DNA of 20,000 nucleotides from Perkinsus olseni (Eukaryota): NCBI GenBank assembly GCA_013115125.1, contig JABANN010000106.1, positions 51,296 to 71,295 of the forward strand, read 5' to 3'. Shown piece by piece: positions 1 to 10,942 of this stretch (position 1 is its first letter; each line of letters starts with the position of its first letter). The notes under the pieces were generated by a model. It saw only the letters and a program-made list of their open reading frames with translations, ran no database searches and was not told where the DNA came from. The position numbers and the translations under genes were made by a program.

Positions 1-344
1 TCTGCACCGAAAAATACGTGAACTTGTCTTTATGCATCGGTCTGAACGACGGGAAAATAAACGAACAAAAATCGCTTCGCTCCGCCCTCACTTTATTCCC
101 GTTGCAACACATAGTATATGAGTGATTCCGTTCTTCTGTAATTCTTCAACGTTCAACGCTCCGCCTATCGACCCGATGAAGAGTCGATCCGCTACTTTGT
201 GGACGTCTGACGTGGTATGGACAGATATCTGCACGCATGCACAGCGGCCACCATTTTACCATTATCCGCCTTGACCGTCTGCAGCACCATCAACCCTCGG
301 AGCATTGACTTCTTAGTTTTGGTATCAACGTCATGGAAGGGCAC
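1..344 (-). CDS. Dual-specificity protein phosphatase (DSPc family), N-terminal part; gene continues beyond the left edge
   Basis: Hand-spliced exons 344-260, 206-92 and 41-1 (GT-AG, phases consistent) give VPFHDVDTKTKKSMLRGLMVLQTVKADN-DVHKVADRLFIGSIGGALNVEELQKNGITHILCVATGIK-PMHKDKFTYFSVQ. LFIGS...N...L...GITHIL.VA is the typical start of a DSPc domain. The HCxxGxSR catalytic motif would lie outside the window. Start codon not fixed. Confidence 0.85.
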
Positions 345-390
345 CTGCCATGACCAGATCATGCACAAGCTGGTCGAACGTTCTGATCAC

Positions 391-949
391 CGATGTGCTC
401 AGAGTAAGGCGCATAAATATTCCGAAGAAAAACGAACCCTTCGAGAAACTATTTTTTGCTCTTTCTAGGACAATGTCCCGTCAATAAAAGAGACTCCACA
501 CCCATAAAGAATAGCAAAACCAACACATTGAAACCCGAACGCTACCAAGATGTGAAATCAACCCCAACGAAGATACCCTCATGCCTACCTGACTCGGATG
601 CATCCCATTCAAGTAAGAATTCGTAGGACTGCGGCATCCACTCGATTGTGCTATCTGAACAGCAGCGATACATGCTCAAACTCACGGTGCAACCTTGCTA
701 ACTTGTATTTCCTCAACGCCCCCCTCCGTACTACCTCACCCTCCCTTCTACTGTACTGCTTCTCAAGGGCCTCATAGCTCGCCGGCCCTATCGCCGTCTG
801 CGGGCTGATCGCCACTGACATACTTCCCTGCACAATACCGGGAATCTCTTCTTCAAAAAATAACTACGAGAAAAACATCGCTCCGCTGACACTCAGCTTC
901 TTCAGAAACCCTCTCTGAGTGCACAACTCGAGACGAGAAACCGTTCCAT
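391..949 (-). CDS. Possible upstream exons of the phosphatase gene, or a small separate hypothetical gene
   Basis: ATG at 949, an open stretch around 850-670 (ORF 651..833) and candidate exons near 654-588 and 465-391 can be joined in frame to the exon starting at 344. No recognisable homology. Confidence 0.3.
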
Positions 950-1023
950 TTTTGAAACTGTCACCTAAAAGTGGCTTCTGGTCATCACCCACAAAAACAA
1001 GCCTAAAAATTGTTCTCCCTCAT

Positions 1024-4000
1024 CTACAGCAATTGCGGTGCTTCCGCGATGGGCTTCTTTGCTTCGCTCCGCTTAGCCGACGACTTTTTCTGGCTCTGCT
1101 TCTGCTGCTGCTTCCTCTGTATCAGTGTGATGCGATCCCCCAGACTGAGTGCTATGCCCTGTGTTCTGGAACGGATCCTGACACTGCCGCTTAGAGAGCC
1201 GTCAGGATTCTTCTCTAGTGAGACGTTCGCCAGAGCGTCCTCACCGAAGATCGATCGGGCGTATCTGAGGATATGGATCGAGCACAAAAGAGTAACTATC
1301 GACACTCTTGGTTCCCTAGCGCTCATCCGGAGGTATCTTAGGTTGACCTCGGGGCCACATAGCGTCGAAGATTCCTTCATCACTTGCGCACTCCAGTCTT
1401 ATTACAGGTTAACGGCCACGAACTTGGACTGTGGGCCGAGCAGCTTCGACAGGCTACTGGACTCATTCAGCTCCCTCGCAACTTCTGCCTTGACCAACGC
1501 CTGAAGAGGCACGACATTCGGATGTCGTGATGCGGCAGATCCAGACGCTGTCATATGGAATTTCATTCTTCGATGTAACAGACGGAGAGTCGCCTGATAG
1601 TCTATTCTCTTCTCTTCACCTTCTTCGCAGTGTGAGTGTCCTCTCCTGACTTCACACTAGCACGAACCTAAAAATCAACGATACGTGAATCGCTTCGCTC
1701 CGCTCAAACTGCCGCCATACCTCCCTCCTGCCAACGATGCTCATATTCGTGTTCTCCATAAGGTTGGCTAAAAACTTCCGAGGCTCCACACTGGTGTTGG
1801 TGATACTGATCTTGTTCTCCCACTCAAATTCGGACCTGTCGCCAAAAATTTCCAACATGCAGACGGAGCGAAGCAAAAGATATGCCTTACCACATGGTTC
1901 TGAAGTTCAACTCATTCACCCAGGCTCTCTCAATGTAGTCCAAAATATCAACATGAAGCTCGTTCAAAACCAAAGATTCCTAAAACGTATCTTTTCACCC
2001 GCAAAAAACTGCCTCAACCTCCCTCACCTTATCGTCAGCCGACTTCATATCGTAGGCGACATAACCGTAGATAACGCCGGTCTCAGTCGACGACACCTTG
2101 ATCGTCGCATAAACAACAGCATGAGCACCCGGTGCCAGTGTAACACACTGAGGCCTCTCAACGATCTTCAAGTCACCTACAATCGACACTATTGAGACAC
2201 TGATCGACACTTTCACTATTAAGCTCTCACCTTGAGTACTCAGCTCAACCTGAATGTTCTGCAGAGTCGTGTTCGTACGGTTGAAGACATTCAATTCCAA
2301 CACCTGCAACCAACGACAAAAAACAAGTATCGCTTCGCTCCGCTGAGAATTATCTCCACAACGATGATCTTACCAAGTCGAAGCTGTGCACACGGAGGAA
2401 GCCCTCAACGTAAACAGGATCCGCCAGACCGGTCATGGGCAATACCCTGAACAAAGGACGATGTTCACTAAGAAGAGCTTCCTCTTCGAGTCCTCTCAGA
2501 AGAGCCGCAGTGGTAACGGGGTAAATGATTTTTCCTCCGCTGTGAACCCCCGCGCTGGAGCCGACAGATGCCCTCAGATCACGAGGAGACGCTTATGAAA
2601 AGAACGAAAAGAGAGCAGATTTTGAACTGAGACTGACGGGAGTCCGTTGCCCGCCGAACAAGCGCTCCAACGAGTGGCCCCGAGCGTCGAGTCAAAAAAT
2701 AAATTATCTCCACCGTACGCAGGCGGCGCGATCGACCTCTCTAAAGCCCCTACTTGTCCAGTCGTTCAGCAAATAATGCGCCAGTCTCGAATTCACTGGT
2801 CGGAGAGCCATCAGTAGTCGAGGCGGTTATCATGGAGCTGTCGTCACTTTGGAAAAGGTCACAGCCGCTGTCGTCACCATCGTCATCCACAGTAGCACCT
2901 AGAGGTGTGAAACGCCGTTCCCAGGGATCGAACTCGAGACCACCGCTCTCGGACAGGGCAGGGGTGCTCGTCCGCTCAACTACCTGGCTTCAACTGTCTG
3001 AAGAAGACGAGGTCGTCCGGTTGTTTGCTCGTGTCCCGCATGGTGCTCTCCTCGGCATTAGCTGGGTCTTCTCCCGCTTCCAACTCCAGGACCTAACAAG
3101 AACAGTGAAATATCGCCGGTGGGAGTCGAACCCGAGACCTTCTGCCTACCTGTTTCAGGGCGTTCCTTGCCTGGTTACCCGATCCCCACTCGCGCTGACA
3201 ACTGCGCTCGATCTGAAGTGGACAGAGGTACGCCGATGAGTCATGAATCGATGCACGGGGGTATCGAACCCGGGACCTACACTCTTGTTCGGGGCGACGA
3301 TTGCCCTAACGCACTGAGTTAATCGACTGACAGCATCAGTATCGGTGACTCTGCCATTCACCGCTCCACTTGCCGATGCCTCAACGTCGCTCGCACCTGA
3401 AAAAGTCTCATGATACGCCTATCCTGAGAGTATCTCGGGCTGACTCGTGCAAGATACAAATAAGGTCGACTCGAATCCGGCACGTAGCACGAATGCTCAC
3501 CTTCCTGCTTTGAGACGTTCTCACAGAGCCTCACCAGATTGGCAAGAAGGAAGCAAATCTGATTCTTCAGAACCACAGGGCAGCTGTGAACTAAATAGAA
3601 ACGTGAAATCAAGATTTCTCCGCTCCGTCGTCGGAGTAGCTGACTTACGAACTCCTCCCTTGACGAGCAGTTTAGTGGCAGTTACTCCGACCATCGTGGC
3701 CAACAGCGAGTCTCCCTCGGATATCAGTTTACCTGAAAAAGCAGAGCTCCGACTTGACCTCTTTTGCATCTCGCACGCTCAACCCAAAGATATCCCCCTA
3801 ACTACGCATCGGGGTCTTCGACTCCTTATCATTCCTGTCCTCCTCTGCCGCACTGCCGCCGTCATACCTAATCCAAATTGACTAACTTCAGCTCTGTCGG
3901 GATGCTAACCAATCATACACTGTCTCGTTGGCGTATGTGCCGTCCGCCAATACCACCGTTCGGGTGGTGACCTTGGTGCCTGAGAAGGGAAAGACGGTAA

Positions 4001-7000
4001 ACCATATTCACTTGGAGATGCACCCATGATGTAGGATCAGTCCAAAGATCGGATAAACAAGATACTCGACCGTTCAACATAGCCGGAGACTCGTGAGCAA
4101 ATACTCTATGGCCTTGAGGGCGATAGTCTCACTCACGAGGCGAGTGCTATATGGAAAGATAGCAGGGACGAGGATACCATGGTACGCGATAGGTACGAAA
4201 GATACTCTATCACGTCACGGGGTCGGCGCGGACTAAGAGACATCCTCACCAGTTTCGGCAGGCTGCTTTGCCTTCTCTTCCTTCTCTCCATCCGTGGACT
4301 TCGGTTTGATCGGGAATGGCGACAAACAGTCGATGATGATCTCCTCCAGGACGCACTGTGAAAGCTCCTTGCCACAGTCTGATAACACAGTCTGATATCA
4401 TCATCACCATCGTAACACAATAAATCTGCACGCATGTACAGCCAGGTGAGACATACCAGGTGAGAACTCTCCCAGCAACCAGAGGGACCCTCTGATCACG
4501 CGCGACTGGCGTATCTCATTCAAGCTCTCCGCCTAAAAAAGGAATCTTCCTCAAGTGCAACAACCATGCTCTTACCAGTCGAGTTAAGATACTCTCACGA
4601 AGCTGTTCATGACGGATAATAGTCTCTCTTACAAACATGACAATGTCCGCCGCCACCGCTGCCGAATCTGGAAGAACAAAACTCACAAACCGAACGCAGT
4701 AAAGGAAATCAGATCGGGTAGGCCAAAAGCCATGCCGCGAATGCGAAGTGAGTTGGCACGGCCCCATTCAACCTAGCAAACCTCATCCTGAACGCACGAC
4801 AATCCTGCGCTCCTACTTCAACAGCATTCGAGGGAAAATCAAGGCAGCACTAGTCCGACGGGAGATGGAATGAGCGACAGTAGTAACGCTAATCGTGAGA
4901 CTACCACTACTACCGGATGCCTTAACATCAGTCTGCTCGGTAAGGATGTCCAACAACACGGAGACCACTTGACTGGCGTATGTAGCATCACCAACACGTG
5001 TTGTGCTCAGGTGTAGGGCTCTTATGAGGAGACGGCGATACTGACAGGAGAACTGAGTGAGGCTCGGCTAGCACGACGTCTTCATCAAAAAAAATTACGA
5101 GGTCACTCTGCGTACTTCGCAGCGATAAGCCCGCCACGAGAAAAGCAATCCCCAGAGGATACGACCGGTGAAAGAATTTTTCGGAAGAACACGCTCCCAC
5201 AAAATAAGCGGAAACAACCGATCGGTCCCTGACCTACCTCGGTATTGCCCTCCGAAGTGCTGGTATCTTGTGTCTTGATAAGTTCCTTCTTCAACATACC
5301 AACAACGTCGGCAATGTTACGGCTGTTCACCTGCGTACACTACTAGCTAACCTCCACACCACCGACGAGCAAAATTGGGCCGACCCAAAAAAGGATACAT
5401 GATGCTCAGTCAATGACGATAAGGACAGCGGCTAGAACTATTTACACCACACACATACCGATCTGAGTCCGGCTACCCCACCCAAGAAAAACCGGAAAAT
5501 CACGAAAAAAATTCTCGCTTTCTCAATTCAGTTCACAAGCAAGGCTCGGCAGATCTCTTCACAACCACCGAACGGCTCCACAAACCCCACAAAATACAAT
5601 TGAACTCCGCCAGCTGTCCAACGATGGAAGACTTGCTGATGACCAGCTCAACAAAAGCTACTACCAGCGGTGTGCAGATATCCAGTATCTTCCTCCTGAC
5701 CTCCACAGCAGGGCATGAGAGTCCACGCAGCAAATCCATGACCAGCGGCTCCATAGCCTATCATGACGATGCATGTGGACATGCAGGTCGGGAGAACCGA
5801 TGGCAGCCTACTACCTGTTTATAGCGCTTCCTTAGGAGGTCTATTCTGTCGAGTACGATAAGCTTGACATTATTATCAGCTTGGGTTACGACCAGGTTAA
5901 CATATGCCTCGGCAGCTGACAGCAGATACACGCATGAAGGCAAGCAATGGAGGGCAAAATAGCGGACAAGTGTACGAAGAAGGCTATGTTACATTCCTCA
6001 ACTGGGATCAAACCTCATGTAGGTGTATAGTTCGGAAAGCCCGCCCGAAACCTTTTCCTCACAGATTCATAGTCAGGTGCCGATAATGTTCTCAACAATA
6101 AGTTCGTATATGAGATTTATCTATTCGTCAAAGAGTACGCTAGCCCTGCCCAGTCTGTCGTCTTACCGGCGCCAATGGCGACATGAGACTTGGATAGAAT
6201 GACCAGGGTGTTGGCGGTCTCGTACTGAACAGCTGGGCTGGGGGACTCCCTCAAAGTGTATACAACCTGAACATCCCGCATAGTTTAGAACCTTCGACCT
6301 CACGATATACAACCCAGCGCATTAACCCACTAATCTGCCACACCGTGGAATATCCTACCTTCAACAGCGCTCCCTTCACCTCCGGACGGTGCTTATTGAC
6401 CCTCCGAATGAGCTCGAGAATCACCAGCTGGCAAATATCACCCAAGTTAGCTACTTGGTCCTGAGAACACGAAATATCTCTGAGACAGCGATCAGCGGCG
6501 CATCCCACCTGCATCGAGAATACATAACTCATCGCCTTCTCCTCATTATGGGGCGTCAACATCAGCATCAGAAACGCATTACGCTTGGTCGACAGGTCGC
6601 CCTCGACCTAAACACACAACAAAGATACCATTCTCTACCGAAGCCGAGCCACTACCAATAATAAGTTCTCCACTTCTTGTGACGCAGTGGGCATCATCTC
6701 CTCTCCGAAAGTGCTCACGATAGCGTAACTGCCCGGGCAAAAGTATCTCCCATAAAGAAGCGTAAAACCCCTCCGTTGTATATTACACGCACATCACCGC
6801 GTTCCTCCGAACGTAGCTGTGCCGATGCGTCAAGTTCCGCAGTATGGCCTCGGTAAGAGGCTCGAGGATACGGTAATACTTCAACTTACACAGCAACCGT
6901 AGTGTACCTATAGCAACGATGAGGATGGTGTCACGCGACACGAAATTGCCCAGTCTACTTCCCCTGACGTATTCGTTAGGGTGCATGAGATCGTTCCGAA

Positions 7001-7534
7001 GGGCATTGACGACGAGTATCATTTCTTCCTTGAGACTGCCATCATCGTTGGTCTTCTCGCAGAGCTCCCAATAGCTGACATGATGCCATCAGAATACTCG
7101 AGAGTGCCCTATGAGAAATTTACTACATCATCAACAGCTTCTTCACCCGATGGTCCTGCTTGGGCACGACGAACCTGAACCGTGGGGATGATGAGAATAC
7201 GTTCTGATAGAAAAATGGTAAAAACCAATTACCGTATCATCGTCATGAGTAACCTTGGATACGACTCCCCATTGATCATTAATAATAGGAGCTCCTCCAG
7301 CACAGCAATCAGCTTATCAGAGTTACGCTGGTTGGCCGCGCATGCCTGCCGAAACATCGTCACTGCGCCATGAAATCCCTCATCTATCTACAGTACATTT
7401 TCTATGCGTTTTTGCAGCTCCTGCTGCGTCGGTGGTACCCCTTTGTCGTAGTAAATGAGTAGCGTGCATCCCTGGGGCCCTCCCGCCTGCTGCTGTTCGG
7501 TCGGACTGTTAGCGGCAGTTGGAGTGACGGACAT
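1024..7534 (-). CDS. COPB1: Coatomer subunit beta (beta-COP), about 32 exons
   Basis: Exons: 7534-7397, 7327-7233, 7174-7127, 7074-6959, 6907-6787, 6728-6656, 6607-6509, 6460-6359, 6266-6167, 5915-5815, 5757-5665, 5330-5238, 5040-4914, 4667-4576, 4532-4457, 4378-4250, 3979-3919, 3867-3806, 3732-3649, 3590-3501, 3395-3281, 3212-3150, 3092-2984, 2898-2754, 2446-2374, 2303-2231, 2176-2028, 1979-1891, 1835-1721, 1667-1620, 1500-1406, 1264-1024. Hallmark motifs: [132 protein letters not shown]. Confidence 0.97.
2899..3280 (-). repeat. Three consecutive COPB introns, each with a tRNA-like GGTC-nnn-GRGTTCGAnnCC (T-loop/B-box) element
   Basis: Intron 3280-3213 GTAGGTCCCGGGTTCGATACCC; intron 3149-3093 GTAGGCAGAAGGTCTCGGGTTCGACTCCC; intron 2983-2899 ...GGTGGTCTCGAGTTCGATCCC. 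Confidence 0.7.
6267..6358 (-). repeat. COPB intron with a degenerate tRNA-like element (A-box-like plus B-box-like)
   Basis: GTGGCAGATTAGTGGGTTAATGCGC...TCGTGAGGTCGAAGGTTCTAAAC. Confidence 0.55.
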
Positions 7535-8236
7535 GAGTGACCACCAAGAAGTATTTCCGAAAAATCTGAACTCGAGTTGAGAGTCCTTCCGACGGCCTTC
7601 CACCACTGATGCTCCACCAACACGCAGAAGTGCTACCTTGCTAGTCTTGTACAATCTTGCATTTCCTCAACGCTTGACTCGTCACGCGCCACGAAATTGT
7701 CTTTGTCTCGGGATCGTGACATGCGCTCTGTTGATTTGCAGTTGAGCTGGTCCCGCCATGGGTGGTGACATCTCCGTATTTAATAGAGACTACTACGATG
7801 ACCGGAATGACGCGGTGGACACAGGAAGAGGGCATCATGCTAGGCAAGGGTACTACTACGGGGACGGATGCGAGGCAGTGAGGATGATGATGGTGGTCTG
7901 CCTTTGCCGTATGGCTGGATTGCTGCGAGAGATGGTATGGTACTGGAGTCGTAGGCAAGGCAAAGGGGCTTTTTTATTGGCGCAGAGTACTAGCAGTAGC
8001 TGGAGGAACAGCGGAGTGGGCGAGAGGCCTTCGTTCGACGCAATCAGTTTAATACGATCGTAAGCATGCAGTAGAACAGACTGCGGGCAGGTCAGTAGGT
8101 CCTATAGGGGCCGCGAAGCATATACTTAAGTATTATATAACAAACTAACAGCTGCACTCCAGTCTATGTGTGAGTGTAGCCGTTATTTTAGGATTGGGGT
8201 CAGCTGTGATCTCAGACTGTGAGATCCTCGGCGAAA
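7535..8236. promoter_or_regulatory. Divergent (head-to-head) intergenic region between COPB and the cyclin gene; probable bidirectional promoter and 5' UTRs
   Basis: About 700 bp between opposed start codons, with an AT-rich patch (tattatataa) near 8130. Function is inferred from position only. Confidence 0.45.
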
Positions 8237-10942
8237 ATGTATGACGTCTTCCACTACAACCCACGCATGGTTGTTACGACCAGGTTGTAACGTATGCCAC
8301 GCACCTTTCGCCAGTACTTTCATCATCACACTGTTTCTTCTCCGTCAGGACCTCGCTGGATCATCGATCGCTTCCACCGGAACTGCGCGCGATAGGAAGG
8401 TGCCGGAAGTCCACCATTCTGCGACGATCAGCGGTAGCGGAGCGATGCTAGATTCCCACTAGCTATACCGCTCCCCTTCTTCAGGTTCTCATACTCAGGC
8501 ATATGCGTGCCTGTCCACGACGGTGCATCGACCACCCGAGGTGCGGTCAGAAGTGCCTCGTTCTGGACCAGGAACTGTAGTAATCGGTGGATTGTGGACC
8601 TTCCGTTCTTCCTGTGGTTTCGGTTCGCTTTCGGAAAGTTAGCGTGGTGCTTCTTCTTCTGCATCATTGATGAGGACAGGGATTCCGGGGCCTGTTTTTT
8701 TGCTTCGCTACGCTTGAGATTTGGGTGCCTCAGGTACAATTCGGTGCCTGCGTTTTCCTTGCATGGATGCTGCGAGTGTCTTAACCCGCTGGTAGCTGCT
8801 CGGTCAGAACTCGACCATAAACGGGAGTTGTTGGCCGGGCCGCCTCTACCGGTGCCCCTCCATGAAATTCAAGGATACCTTCGGGAATGTGTCCGGTAAT
8901 AAGGAAGCATGCGTCTCTCTTCACGTCTGGATTCGCGGTGGTGTTTCGCAGGAGACTGTGCCGTGATTGGTAGTTTTTAATAGCATAAGGTCCTGCAATG
9001 ATACCGCATGTTTACGAGACTTGAGTCTGTGTGAGGCTTGCTTTAATGAAACTAGGATTCATGTAGTTAGCGTCGTTCGGTTTACTCTTATGTGCATACC
9101 GATGGTGACGTGGCGGTGATGATCGGGGTCAGAACGGCTGTATGATTTCGGTTCTTCGGCAGTACGCGGGAAGGGCGAATTGGGTTGGTGTCTCTGCGGT
9201 AGTGGTGGGCAGAAGGAGGGTATGTACTCGTTGGGTTTATTAGGTACTTTTCTTGCTGCAATGAGCTCATAGTCATCGCCACGGTGTATGCCTGTCGATT
9301 TGCTGAGAACGTATGCATGCGCCATTGGAATTGGCGTATTATTGTTGCCGTAAGCGTCTTTTTGGCCTGTAAGGTAATACGGCGGGCTCGCTCTCGTGAG
9401 GTCGCGGGTTCTATTCCCATGCTGGGCATTTTCACCACACTTCCTGGTCTCAGGTGTGGGAAGACTATTGTCTTTTTCTGTCCAATTTGCAAGACTGTTT
9501 TATCTACCTTAGCAAGTAGGCATCAATTTCGTGGCGCGCGAAGATGAAAATTCCTATCAGGTGCGGTCTGATTCAGCTCGGAGCCTATGGCGGCGGACCG
9601 CCACTGTACAGGCTCAAAAAGCTCGAGGCCTTCGCATTAGCCGATATACTTCAGTGGAATGTGAATATTCAGTCACCCGAGTAAGCGAAAGGTCCCCGGT
9701 TCGAATCTCTGCACGTTCTATTCTCCCCTGTCGCAGATACTATGAATTTTATTTCTGCTTGGAGCAGAGCAGCATAGGGACTTCTCAGGGCAGTATTCGG
9801 AGCGTCGGCGGTCTCCGGAGACTATCTACTACACCGGATGCGGTCGGTCATCGGGCTGCCCTCGCGTTTGGTATTCGCTATGCCACGGAGCCCCTCGCAT
9901 GGATAGTTGGGCTGTCATGCGTGAATTTCATAGTTCCCTCAGGACTCTGTTATACTAACATCAAGTGGCGATGCTCTGGTAGTAACCAATGTTGACCAGT
10001 GAGTATCGCATCTCAAAAGATTCTCAGTGAGTTAACCTTCTAGGCCACTAACTTTTTCCAGATCTTCTCGGTACTCAACACCCGGCACTACTCGGGACCC
10101 GTCAGCCCGCGTATCGCCAGTATCTTTGCAGTCCCTGATGCTGCGGCGCCGAGGCAGTAGGACGAGAGTAAGAAAAATCCCGTTACTTGACTTGGTCGTT
10201 TGGATGCCTTATTCGCTCAGGTTTCGGCGGGTCATAGGTTGGTAGTGCCAGATGAGTATCTTCGGCACGCATGCACAGAATCTATAGGCTGCGCAACTCG
10301 GCCGGTGAGTGTTTATCACCTCTATCTTCCACTGCTCCTCACACCTCGACAGGCGTTCTCGGTCTGTTGATCACGCGAGCAATCCCCATTGCACGAGTTT
10401 ACTCGCCACTGGTCCTCCTGAATGCGAAGTATTCTGTGTTCTCTTGAATGGTCTCAAAGTCGCGAAATTACTGATTTCGGTTTCTACCTGAGAGGTTAGC
10501 GGGAAGATATGAGATTGACCCACCCCCCTCTAGAAGGAGCCGACGCATTCGATGCATGCTATCGCCGCCATCAATTTCTTTGCGACCTGTCATCTCCAAT
10601 TTTCGGTTGAGCTCCGCTGTCTCATTCTCAGGTGCGCAAGTCATGGGTGGAGAGATGTCCTTCGCTATGTGACCCGACAGCAGCTGAGCTGCGTCGCCGT
10701 TCGTTGGACAAGGGGAATCCTTTCGTAGGCAACTGGGGTAAGCCAAAGGTCGCGGGTTCGACCCCACCAGTCTGCGTGTTCCCCACATATCGTTGAGTAT
10801 ATCGAAGTCTTGTTCAGCTCATTCCCCGCCAGCCGAGCCTATGGTGTCTCTTCGAGTCCTCTCTACTAATGGGGGCATGGAGGCGTCGCCGAAGGCTAAG
10901 AGGACCGTTGGGATGCTGCCTGGAAGAGCCGCTTGCTTGTAG
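8237..10942 (+). CDS. Cyclin-box protein, cyclin Y / PHO80-like, multi-exon
   Basis: Spliced core (exons ending at 8896, 8952-8969, 9244-9373, 9454-~9515, ~9612-9680, 9737-) reads PLHEIQGYLRECVRRLCRDWYFSCCNELIVIATVYACRFAENVCMRHWNWRIIVAVSVFLACKVWEDY...LKKLEAFALADILQWNVNIQSPEYYEFYFCL. This parallels cyclin Y NWKRIVLGAILLASKVWDD...[27 protein letters not shown]. The ATG at 8237 and the last exon 10818-10942 (TAG) are the best guesses; N- and C-terminal exon boundaries are less certain. Confidence 0.8.
9374..9453 (+). repeat. Cyclin intron with a tRNA-like T-arm/B-box element
   Basis: TCGTGAGGTCGCGGGTTCTATTCCC. Confidence 0.6.
9681..9736 (+). repeat. Cyclin intron starting with a tRNA 3'-half-like sequence
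   Basis: GTAAGCGAAAGGTCCCCGGTTCGAATC. Confidence 0.65.
10738..10817 (+). repeat. Cyclin intron starting with a tRNA 3'-half-like sequence
   Basis: GTAAGCCAAAGGTCGCGGGTTCGACCCC. Confidence 0.65.

Noticed and set aside
1265-1405. Intronic C/D snoRNA (GTGATGA at 1383-1377 on -); similar box near 9116
   Set aside because: No downstream CTGA D box or terminal stem in either intron.
2447-2753. snRNA or spliced-leader RNA in a long COPB intron (U-rich Sm-like site followed by a hairpin)
   Set aside because: No match to the Perkinsus/dinoflagellate spliced-leader sequence or to a recognisable snRNA; the U-run alone is insufficient.
2899-2990. Functional tRNA gene in a COPB intron (also considered at 6267-6358 and 9374-9453)
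   Set aside because: Acceptor and T stems do not pair properly and no clean cloverleaf forms; reported only as tRNA-like elements.
1010-7373. Plus-strand ORFs such as 1010..1504, 1737..2195, 2754..3239 and 3447..3881
   Set aside because: Antisense shadows of COPB exons with no recognisable domains.
7641-8063. ORFs 7758..8063 (+) and 7641..7958 (-) in the divergent intergenic region
   Set aside because: Low-complexity translations with no homology; more likely UTR or promoter DNA.
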